Shown here: positions 50,500 to 64,000 of the stretch, piece by piece
Position numbering within the stretch: the first letter of the stretch is position 1
How the letters are laid out: every line of letters starts with the position of its first letter
Position numbers and translations under genes: made by a program
Assembly (NCBI RefSeq): GCF_009914755.1
Contig: NC_060948.1
Origin: the human T2T-CHM13v2.0 reference genome, Homo sapiens
Reading direction: 5' to 3' (one strand)
DNA length: 64,000 nucleotides
The notes under the pieces: model-generated
Told to the model about the DNA's origin: nothing
Seen by the model: the letters and a program-made list of their open reading frames with translations, nothing else
The model's database searches: none

Positions 50500-51400
50500 C
50501 AAATCCTACAGTCACGGGTGCAGGTACATTTTTCTTTGCAATTCTAGCAAATTCTCCCCTTGGGAATACAAAATACGCCATTCTTTTTTTTAATTCTTGT
50601 TTTAAGGATGGCCACTGTCACAGAACATGAGTGAGGGACGGTATCTGCGTACGTTGAAAATGCTCACGGTTTCTGGTGCAGAGATTTCTCTGGAGTAATG
50701 GCATTTTTCTGTGTGGCAGTTAGCATTTAGAGTGAATAGAGTTTTTCTCTCTCTCTTTTTTTTTTTTTTTTGCAGTGTTATGCACTCGAAAATGTCATCT
50801 TTTTTCTATTCCTTTTAAAATCAAATTACAACCTGACATTCAATAAAATATCTTTTGCGCAACTAATAAAAACAAGACCCTCGCTGCCTTGACAATTAAG
50901 GCACGGGGTCCGACACGCCGCCTCCGATACAGTTTACGGCTTCCCTTTGATGTCAGGGTTTCCTATATTAAAAAAAAAAAAGAGCCCCATTATTTATTAA
51001 TAGCCTTCTGTGTTTTAAACGTTTCTTTTTCTTGTGTGGAGAGAAAAAAAATCATTTGCCTTTTAATGGGGTGTCAGATTTGCTTTCGAAACCTTCTAAA
51101 AGGTTATCGTTGTTGAATACGAACAAGTTTCTTTCTGCGGAATCAATGAAGACTCTGTTTCCCGGGCTGCTCCGTGGAAAACTTAATTTCACCATTTTGC
51201 AAAGTGCAGGGCTGGGACGTTTCACTGCGGTTAACTATTTTCACATGGAAGGTAAAGAAAAATGCAAAGTCCTCACACGTACTAAATAACCTGCAGGCTG
51301 CCTTATGTCCGGGACGTCTTGCAACGGCCTGGCGGTTAGAGCTCACGGAGATGTCCAGTTCAATTAGATGCTTCGTAAACCTGCTAGCAATTAACTCAGC
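50500..51400. promoter_or_regulatory. Candidate conserved non-coding enhancer D
   Basis: Repeat-free; CAATAAAA (50841), TTGACAATTAA (50889), TTTACG (50933), CTTTGATGTCA (50945), several CpGs. Confidence 0.4.
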
Positions 51401-51410
51401 CAGGAGCTGA

Positions 51411-51875
<465 letters not shown>

Positions 51876-51922
51876 TCCAAGTTCTATTGTAACCCATCTC
51901 TAACTTTGATTGTAACTGTAGG

Positions 51923-52456
51923 GAGGACAGATAGAATAGAATTTAGACCCAGGCTGGGTGCAGTGGTTCATGCCTGCAGTCCCAGCACTTTGGGAGGCTG
52001 AGGCAGGTGCATTGCTTGAATCCAGGCTGAGTGGTACAAAAAGTACCCTCAACTCTACAGTTGGAAGAGTAGACATTTAGACCTGGACAGAGTGTCTGTC
52101 CAGGCCTAAATTCTATTCTTTTTTCCTTTTTTTTTTCTTTTTGAGGCAGGGCCTCGCTCTATCACTCTGGCTGGACTGCCGTGGTACAGCCTCGGCTCAT
52201 TGCAACCTCTGCCCCCTGGGCTCCTGCCTCAGCCTCCTGAGTAGCTGGGATCACAGGTGCCCGCCACCACGCCTGGCTAAGTTTTGTATTTTTGGTAGAG
52301 TTGGGTGTTTTTGTGTGTGTCATTCAGGCTGGGTTCAAGCAATCCACCTGTCTCGGGCTCTCAAAGTGCTGGGACTAACAGGCGTGAACCACTGCACCCA
52401 GCCTGGGTCTAAATTATATTCTACCTGTAGGCAGGACAGATAGAATAGAATTTAGA
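51923..52456. repeat. Duplicon copy 2, arranged as a fold-back with about 130-bp inverted arms
   Basis: 51927-52058 is an imperfect reverse complement of 52295-52428; internal hairpin at 52077-52110. Confidence 0.85.
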
Positions 52457-52564
52457 GATGGGTTAGAATAGCATTTAGAGATGGATTATTTTTTGTTTGT
52501 TTGATTTTGCTATAGGGCAGGGTGCTCAAAAGCAGCTGTGAGTCTGTTTAGATAACAGTGGACA

Positions 52565-53254
<690 letters not shown>

Positions 53255-53499
53255 TAATTCCATTCTTCTTCAAGGTATTACATGTAAGAAGTTGAAAGGT
53301 CACCTTGTTTGTGTATGGATTATTGGTGGCTGAACTGCCTCTGAAATTCCTCTGTCATTGAGAAGAGCAGGGGTAGGTGTTCTGAGGGTGTAGAGAGGTG
53401 AAAGGAACAACCCGTAGTGGAGTTAATCCCAGGACCGTAGGTGACCCAGGGTTGATAAAGTCATCTGTGAGAAGTAAATGATATAAACAGGGTCAGGTC

Positions 53500-54762
53500 A
53501 ACCTGTACAGGACTATGAACTTAATACACTTTACCTTAATAGACTGCTTCCTTGCTGTGATGAGTTCATGAAGTAGAAAGGGTGTCACCAGCCCACAGCC
53601 TGCACAGGACCAGGACTTCAATGCACTTGACCTCTCATTCCCTGAGTGAGGAACCCATGAAATGAGGGGGAGTCTCACCAGCTCAGAACCTGCACAGGAC
53701 TAGGACCTCAACACACTTGACCGTTCTTTCCCTGTGTGAGGAATATATGAAGTGAGGAGGAATCTCACCAGCCCAGAGCCTGCACAGGATGAGGACCTCA
53801 ATACACTTGTCCACTCTTTCCCTGTGTGAGGAATATATGAAGTGACAAGTGTGTCTCCAGCCCAGAGCCTACACATGACTAGGACCTCAATACACTTGAC
53901 TTCTCCCTCCTCATGTGAGGAATAGATGAAGTGACGAGGGTCTCATCAGCCCACAACCTCCACAGGACCAGGACCTCAATACACTTGACTTCTCCTTCCC
54001 CATGTGAGGAATAGATGAAGTCACGAGGGTGTCACCAGCCCACAGTCTGCACAGGATGAGGACCTCAATACACTTTAACACTCTTTCCCTGTGTGAGGAA
54101 TATATGAAGTCACGAGGGTGTCATCAGCCCAGAGCCTGCACATGACTAGGACTTCAATACACTTGACTTCTCCTTCCCCATCTGGGGAATAGATGAAGTC
54201 ATGAGGGTGTCACCACTCCAGAGCCTGCCCAGGACCAGGACCTCAATACACTTGACCACTCTTTCCCTGTGTGAAGAATACATGAAGTGAGGAGGGTGTC
54301 ACCACCCCAGAGCCTGCCCAGGACCAGGACCTCAATACACTTGACCACTCTTTCCCTGTGTGAGGAATACATGAAGTGATGAGGGTGTCACCAGCACAGA
54401 ACCTACACATGACTAGGACCTCGATACACTTGACTTCTCCCTCCTCATGTGAGGAATAGATGAAGACACGAGGGTGTCACCAGCCCAGAGCCTGCACAGG
54501 ACCAGGACCTCAATACACTTGGCCCCTCCTTCCCTGTGTGAGGAAGATATGAAGTGAGAGGTTCTCATTAGCCCAGAGCCTGCACCAGACAAGGACCTCA
54601 ATATGCTTGGCCTCTCCTTCCTCATGTGAGGAATATATGAAATGAGAAAGGTCTCACCAGCCCAGAGCCTCCACAGGATCAGGACCTCAATACACTTGAC
54701 CTGTCCTTCCCTGTGTGAGGAATAGATGAAGTGAAAATGGTCTCATCAGCCCAGAGCCTGCA
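53500..54762. repeat. 89-90-bp minisatellite, about 14 diverged copies
   Basis: Unit cagcccagagcctgcacaggaccaggacctcaatacacttgaccactctttccctgtgtgaggaatatatgaagtgacgagggtgtcac; starts at 53589, 53679, 53769, 53858. Confidence 0.95.
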
Positions 54763-55264
54763 TTTTCATTCCACTCTTCCAATTTGGCCACAACACTGTA
54801 GAGTTGGACAGTCCCAGAGCCCCCCAAAATAGTCACTGAAGCCAAAATATCAGGAAGAGAAGAACTAGCTGTCTTTTCTATGCCATATTTTATCAGTGCA
54901 GACAGCTTTGAGGCTGATGTTCAAAGAATCCAAAAAAGGTAAGCATTTAATTATTTGTCCTTAATTGTAATACTCATTAAGGATTCCACCTTTATCATTA
55001 GCATATCATAAGATATCTTTCTTATGCAGATGAAAGTTGTGGAGATTCACTCTCTAGACAGCATTTAGTGAGATTAGGGTACTCAACCTACATCCATATC
55101 AAGGTAGCAGAAACGCATCTGAGAAAATTTAACCACTTATTTTGCCATGGTTCATGGAGATGACCTTAAGTGTGTCTGTCACCAAAAGGGACTTTGTAGG
55201 GTGAGAGTGATATAGTACATTGTCAAGGGAAGTTTGCTGATATCTAAGGCTGTTTTCTGGAATC

Positions 55265-55366
55265 TCCCTGTTGTGAGGAATCTATAAGGTGAGGAGGGCG
55301 TCATCAGCCCAGATCCTACACAGGACTAGGGACTCAATACACTTGACCTGTCCTCCTCTGCATGAG
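55265..55366. repeat. Orphan copy of the 89-bp unit
   Basis: tgtgaggaatctataaggtgaggagggcgtcatcagcccagatcctacacaggactagggactcaatacacttgacc. Confidence 0.8.
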
Positions 55367-55564
55367 ATCTGATGTCTCCATATCTTTTCCTGGTATGGCT
55401 CACAACCGAAACTTCACCTGAGTACAACAAAAACCCAGCCATGTTTTGCTGGGGCCACATCACATCCTTCCCATGATGGATTCTTTGGCCCAGTTTCCAG
55501 GGAGTATTCTTGGGTTTATCATATGTAGATACAGTCCTTGTTACCTCGACCTTAAAGCATCTTT

Positions 55565-56160
<596 letters not shown>

Positions 56161-56656
56161 GTGAGATTCAGTCTTAAAAACAAAAAAACGAAAAGAAAAA
56201 GAAAAAAGAAAGCATCCAGGTGATCTTCCCTATGGGTCATAGATGTCTTCACCCAGGGTGAATGTAGAACCGTGCACACCCAGACAATGCTGAGAATGAA
56301 GTGTGTAGGACTCAGATACAGATGATCTCAGGTAGAGGCTGCAGCTAGAAGCATTATTAAAGGTCCACATTAGCTTTCCCTCCCCTTCTCCCTGGGATGC
56401 TGCTACCCTCATTGAAGCTTCAGCCACCACATGCTCTCTACCGAGACGGCAGCTTCCCAAAGTGCTCCTCAACTCCCATCCTTGACTTCTTCCAGTCATT
56501 CTCCACGTAGCAGCTAATATTCTTTGAAGTCAAATTACGTCATTCTCATGCCTCTAAGGTAGGAAGCAGGACATGACCGCAGAGGCAGGGCTAAGACACT
56601 GGACCAGGTTGAGGACTAGCTAAAGCAGGTCTAGGGCAGAAGCAGCTCTCCATTAG

Positions 56657-57002
56657 TGATGTGGTTTGGCTGTGTCCCTACCCAAATCTCATCTCGAATT
56701 GTAGCTCCCATAATTCCCATGTGTTGTGGAAGATAATTTCATCATGGAGGCAGTTCCCCCATACTGTTCTTGTGGAAGTGAATAAGTCTCATGAGATCTG
56801 ATGGTTTTAGAAGGGTAAATCTGTTTCATGTGGTTCTCATTCTCTTCTTGCCTGCCGCCATGTAAGAAGTCCCTTGCTCTTGCGCGATGATCGTGAGGTT
56901 TCCCCAGCCAAGTGGAAGTGTAAGTCCATTAAACCTCTTTCCTGTATAAATTATGCAGTCTTGGATATGTCTTTATTGGCAGCATGAGAACAGACAAATA
57001 CG
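56657..57002 (+). mobile_element. THE1 (MaLR) solo LTR
   Basis: tgatgtggtttggctgtgtccc.acccaaatctcatc...attaaacctcttt...gcagcatgagaacagacaaata. Confidence 0.9.
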
Positions 57003-57314
57003 AAAGGACACACCCACCAGTACCATGTCATGCTACAAATACAATAAGACACACCCACCTGGTCCCATTTCCATGACAACACCCAGATGTTACTGCTCCT
57101 TTCCATGGCAATGACCCAATGACCCAGAAGGGGGTATATTTTTTTTCTAGAAATTACTGCAAAACCTGCCCCTTAATTTGCATGTAATTGGAAGCATTGA
57201 TAAATATGATTGTGGAACTGCCTCTGAGCTGCTACTCTGGACTCAGTGCCCATGGGTAAGCCTGCTCTGCAAAGACCAGCACCTCTGCTGCTGCTGTGAA
57301 CTGCCACTTCATAA

Positions 57315-57933
57315 CAGTTGGTGGGACTGTCAATTAGTTCAACCACCGTGGAAGACAGCGTGGCAATTCCTCAAGGATCTAGAACCAGAAATAGCATTTG
57401 ACCCAGCAATCCCATGACTGGGTACACACCCAAAGGATTATAAATCATTCCACTATAAACACGCATGCATGCGTGTCTTTATTGCGGCACTGTTCACAAT
57501 AGCAAAGACTTGGAACCAACCTAAATGCCCATCAATGATAGACTGGATGAAGAAAATGTGGCACATAGACACCATGGAATACTATGTGGCCATCAAAAAG
57601 AATGAGTTCATGTCCTTTACAGGGACATGGATGAAGCTGGAAACCATCATTCTCAGCAAACTAACATAGGAACAGAAACCAAACACTGCATGTTCTCACT
57701 CATAAGTGGGAGTTGAACAATGAGAACACATGGACACAGGGAAGGGAACATCACACACTGGGGCCTGTCAGGGGATGGGGGGTTAGGGGAGGGATATCAT
57801 TAGAAGAAATACCTAATGTAGATCATGGGTTGGTGGGTGCAGCAAGCCGCCATGTCATGTGTATACTTATGTAACAAAACTGCACTTTCTGCCCATGTAC
57901 CCCAGAACTTAAAGTATAATAATAATAAAAAAA
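57315..57933 (+). mobile_element. L1PA (PA7/8-like) 3' fragment
   Basis: ORF2 C-terminal peptide FIAALFTIAKTWNQPKCPS, 3'UTR and poly-A; agttggtg at both ends. Confidence 0.93.
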
Positions 57934-58274
57934 AGTTGGTGTCTAACACCACCAGCTCACTCTTGAGTTATTTTCTAGATGAGACCAAAAACCCTTCCAG
58001 GCTAAGCCCCAATTTGGGGCTCACCTGCCCAGCGCCATCTCCAACCTTCACCTTCAATTTCTTCTGTTTCTTCCCCGGGACATGGAATAAATCCACCCTG
58101 GACTTTGAGCCCCAGATATGGGGATGTAGCAAACTTCTCAGGCTCCCACCCACAGTGTGCCCACTCTGCAGCTCCTTTTTCCATGTCCCTAACACTCTTA
58201 GCTCTTTCCAGCCTCCAGGTGCTGGACGTGGTGGGTGCCTCTCCCTGTAGTTCCCTCTCCAGCTCATATGTGGC

Positions 58275-58850
58275 TCTTTCTCTCTCTTCTTCTTCTTCTT
58301 CTTCTCCTCCTTCTCCTTCTCCTCCTCCTCCTCCTCTTCCTCCTTTTCCTCCTTTTCCTCCTTCTCCTTGTCCTTCCCTCCTCCTCCTTCTCCTCCTTCT
58401 CCTCCTCCTCCTCTTCTTTCTCCTCCTCTTCCTTCTCCTCCTCCTTCTCCTCGTCCTTCTCCTTCTCCTCCTCCTTCTCCTTCTCCTCGTCCTTCCCTCC
58501 TCCTCCTCCTCTTCTTTCTCCTCCTCTTCCTTCTCCTCATCCTTCTCCTCCTCCTCCTTCTCCTCCTCCTCATCCTTCTCCTCCTCCTTCTCATCCTTCT
58601 CCTCCTCCTCCTCGTCCTTCTCCTTCTCCTCCTTCTCCTCCTCCTCCTTCTCCTCCTCCTCATCCTTCTCCTCCTCCTTCTCATCCTTCTCCTCCTCCTC
58701 CTTGTCCTTCTCCTTCTCCTCCTTCTCCTCCTCCTCCTACTCCTCCTCCTCCTTCTCCCCGTACTTCTCCTTCTCCTCCTCCTCCTTCTCCTCCTCCTTT
58801 TCCTTCTCCTTCTTCTTGTTTTTTTGTTCTTCTTCCTCTCTCCACCCCAC
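58275..58850 (+). repeat. (CTC/CTT)n polypyrimidine tract
   Basis: Visible. Confidence 0.95.
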
Positions 58851-58859
58851 CCCTCATCC

Positions 58860-59966
58860 TTCCACAGTCTGGGGAGCTTAAACAACAAATATTTATATTC
58901 TCTGTTCTGGAGATCAGAAGTTTGAGATGAAGGTGTCTCAGGATTGCACTTCCTCTGCAGGCTTTAGGGGAGGATGCTTCCTGCCACTCCCAGCTCCTGG
59001 GGGGTCCAGGCGTCCCTGGGCTTGTGGCCTCATCACTCCAGTCTCTGCCTCCATCTCCATGTGACCTTCTCCTCTGTGTCTGTGTCTCCTCTTCTGTCTC
59101 TTAGAAGGACACCTGTCATTGCATTTAGGGCCCAGCCTAATCCAGGATAACCTCATCTCAAACTCCTTCAGTTCATTGTATCTGCAAAGACCCTATTTTC
59201 AAATAAGTTCTCGTTCACAGATACTGGGAGCTTAAAACTACAGAAATTTATTCTCTCTCTGTCCTGGAGACCATGACTCTGAGATGAAGATATCTCAGGG
59301 CCGTGCTCCCTCCACAGTCTCTAGGGGAGGGTCCTTCCTGCCTCTCCCAGCTCCTGGGTGCTCCAGGCATCCCTGGCTTGTGGCCGCCTCACTCCAGTCT
59401 CTGCCTCCGTCTCCACGTGGCCTTCTCCTCTGTGTCTGTGTCTCCTCTTCTGTCTCTTAGAAGGACATTTACCATTGCATTTAGGGCCCATCCTAATCCA
59501 GGATTATCTCATCTCCAGATCCTTAATTACATCTACAAATAACCTTTTTCCAAATGAGGTCCCATTCCCAGGTTCCTGGGCTTAGGACATGGACATATCT
59601 TTTGGACGTCACCACCCAACCCATTGCAGTTGTGTTTTGTTCTTCCTGGAGGCTCTAGGGGAGGGTCCTTCCTGCCTCTCCCAGCTCCTGGGGGCTCCAG
59701 GCATCCCTGGGCTTGAGGCCCCATCACTCCAGTCTCTGCCTCTGTCTCCACGTGGCCTTCTCCTCTGTGTCTGTGTCTCCTCTTCTGTCTCTTAGAAGGA
59801 CACCTGTCATTGCATTTAGGATCCACCCTAATCCAGAATGATGTCATTCTAACTTAACTGCATTGGTAAAGACTGTCTTTCCAAATAAGACGACGTTGCC
59901 TAGTTGTAGGGCTTTGGAGTTCAACATTTTTTTTTTTTTGGAGAGCCCCCTATTCAACCTGTAACA
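58860..59966 (-). mobile_element. MLT1B/C-type LTR, three tandem partial copies
   Basis: ctgtgtctgtgtctcctcttctgtctcttagaaggaca repeated at about 59075, 59430 and 59765. Confidence 0.8.
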
Positions 59967-60089
59967 TTAAATATTATATATTATTCCCCTCTTCAACCCA
60001 TAACATCATATATTATATATTATAAATGGTTGTTCTTTCTACATTATCAACATATCATTATCTATTTATATTTTATAAGTGCTTTAGAA

Positions 60090-60700
60090 AGAAAGAAAAT
60101 GAATGGGGTTATATGATGAATGAGTCAGCTGTGTTCATCCCTCCTGATGGAAAATGAAGGTGGCCAAAATGCTAAATTGAGAATTCATTTGTCCCCTAAA
60201 GATATAGCCTTAGTAGGCCAGCATGAGGCCATTTTCTTGTCTTCCTTTTCCGTTCATACGATGATCTATATTCTATTCTCCTTATACACTAACTCTGTGT
60301 GATCTTTGCCTAGATAAACTTTCATCAAACGACTAATGAACAGAAAGTTTAAAAAATAGATTAATCACCAAATAATTGCGTTCGGAGTGTGTCCAAGTAT
60401 AGAAAAATCAGGGCATTCGCAGATAAGAACAGATTTCAATATTTATGAAGTACTTTTTCTATAATTAAGAAGAATTCTGCAAAAGATTTTTATTGTCATT
60501 ATTCTTTTGAATCTTAATCCATAAATGGTTATCAAATCATTAAAAGAAAAATGTATAACCCCAACATGAATTATCTTTCCTTTGATGAGCCTGGCAGAAT
60601 ATCAGTCGTTTTAGGTGTTTGGATCACTTTTGAGGATACATAAATGGCATTAGAAGTTTTCAGTCTAATTATAAGTCTGAAAACAGGGGCAGAAAAGAAG
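60090..60700. promoter_or_regulatory. Candidate conserved non-coding enhancer E
   Basis: Repeat-free; TGAGTCA (60121), TTTTATTGTCA (about 60487), CCATAAA (60519), CTTTGAT (60580). Confidence 0.35.
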
Positions 60701-60849
60701 AGACACAAACAAAAGAGGAAGACAAAAAGTGGAGTGAGAGACATTGTGACATCCAGATGATGGAGGGGAATGAGGCATTTGTGCATTATTACCTTGGAAG
60801 TTCTCTAAAGATGGAATATATTCTGTGTCATCGTGTAAGCCAAAAATGA

Positions 60850-61168
<319 letters not shown>

Positions 61169-61222
61169 TGAACTGACCCTCTCTTAACCAAGGAGACTCC
61201 AGAGAAAAACTAGATTCCTGGC

Positions 61223-62395
<1,173 letters not shown>

Positions 62396-62504
62396 CTGGC
62401 CATGATGAAAATGGAGATCAGATAGCACTTGTTATACCTGGCACCCTTGGAGTTTAGGCCCAGCTGACCATTAATGTTGAAAAAAGGTAAATAAAGGTTA
62501 AAAA

Positions 62505-62642
62505 AGGGGGTCATAAGACACAAGAACATACTCTTGGCAGCAATAAGATACCAAATTCCTGCCTGACTCTGGTGTACCCTTATGTGACACAGAGCAGGAC
62601 CTGGAGGAAATCTAAATATTTTACCCTAAAATGTATTTTTTT
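62505..62642. mobile_element. MER34-like ERV1 LTR fragment
   Basis: ggcagcaataagataccaaattcc.gcctgactctggt...attttacc.taaaat. Confidence 0.55.
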
Positions 62643-62810
62643 GGCCGGGTGCAGTGGCTCACGGCTGTAATCCCAGCACTTTGGGAGGCTGAGGTGGGTG
62701 GGTCACAGGGTCAGGAGTTTGAGACCAGCCTGACCAACATGGTGAAACTCCGTGTCTACTAAAAATACAAAAATTAGCCAGGTGTGGTGGCAGGCACCTG
62801 TCATGCCAGG
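62643..62810 (+). mobile_element. Partial AluS
   Basis: Left arm plus start of right arm. Confidence 0.9.
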
Positions 62811-62994
62811 TGGGTTTTACTCAGTCACCATTAATAAGACAAACCAACACAGGGAGGGGTCCATTGTGAAGCTGTAACTCAATTTTATAAACAAAATAAT
62901 AAAAATAATACAAAAACATGAGACATTTGCTGCTGGAGAGAGGAAGAGAGAAAGAAAGGGGCAGACAGAAGACACACAAAATAAAAAACTTTGG

Positions 62995-63467
<473 letters not shown>

Positions 63468-63487
63468 ACAAAATATTTTTTAAAATG

Positions 63488-64000
63488 AGCAGGGCATGGT
63501 GGTGAGTGTCTATGGTTCCAGCTATAAGGAAAGTTGAGGTGGGAGGATCTCTTGAGCCCAGGAGTTTGAGACCAGCCTAGACAACATAGCAAGACCCCAT
63601 CGCTATAAAAAAAATTACCCAGGCATGGTGGCATGCACTTGTAGTCCCAGCTACTCAGGCAGTTAAGGCGGGAGGATTGCTTTAGCCCAGGAGTTCCAGA
63701 CAAGCCTGGGAAACATCACAAGACCTCATGTCTATAAAAAAATTTTAAAAATTATCCAGGCATGGTAGCACAAACCTGTAGTCCCAGCTACTCAGGCAGT
63801 TAAGGCAGGAGGATTGCTTTAGCCCAGGAGTTCCAGACAAGCCTGGGAAACATCACAAGACCTAATGTCTATAAAAAAATTTTAAAAATTATCCAGGCAT
63901 GGTAGCACAAACCTGTAGTTCCAGCTGCTCAGGCAGTTAAGGCAGAAAAAATGCTTGAGCCTTGGAGTGTGAGAGCAGCCTGGAAAACATAGCAAGATCC
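63488..64000 (+). repeat. Tandem Alu-monomer array with a 137-bp period, running off the window end
   Basis: aggcatgg starts at 63621, 63758 and 63895; shared private motif caggcagttaaggc. Confidence 0.88.

Larger units (their letters stand above)
56556..58037 (+). mobile_element. MER41C-like ERV1 solo LTR carrying THE1 and L1PA insertions
   Basis: ttgaggactagctaaa, ccatggcaatgacccaatgaccc, ccccttaatttgcat, and the end gctaagccccaatttggggctcacctgccc. Confidence 0.75.

Noticed and set aside
51927-52428. Fold-back element as a new MITE or DNA transposon
   Set aside because: Arms are largely Alu-derived, I see no clear TSD, and copies are only local; better explained as rearrangement
57968-58930. 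Poly-R/E, poly-S, poly-L and extensin-like proline ORFs
   Set aside because: Translations of a (CTC/CTT)n tract, open in all frames

Overview
Human or other hominoid, non-coding, repeat-dense DNA. I find no credible protein-coding gene, RNA gene or CRISPR array; the long ORFs are read-throughs of minisatellites, simple repeats, Alu or dead L1 fragments. Contents: about 50 Alu copies or fragments, several nested or locally duplicated; L1M/L1PA fragments; MaLR, ERVL and ERV1 solo LTRs (MLT1, MST, THE1, MLT2, MER41-like, MER34-like); MER1A, MER58A and MIR. There are six large GC-balanced minisatellites (units of about 52, 42, 104, 27, 50 and 89 bp), plus AT-rich and polypurine/polypyrimidine tracts. 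Several repeat-free islands are dense in HOX/PBX/MEIS/TAATTA/TCF motifs (about 2, 8.5, 15, 31, 51 and 60 kb). The overall texture resembles pseudoautosomal region PAR1, and the islands may be the conserved enhancers downstream of SHOX; this is inference from memory and needs an alignment. I cannot support a wholly new biological system. The best leads are a 4.1-kb array with three same-strand CACCTG E-boxes per 42-bp unit, lying between candidate enhancers; a recurring pattern of short local templated copies, including a fold-back element; a TATA plus exon-like cassette next to an MLT2A LTR; and DUX4-type sites in MST/MLT2A LTRs. Repeat subfamily names come from recalled consensus sequences and boundaries are approximate.
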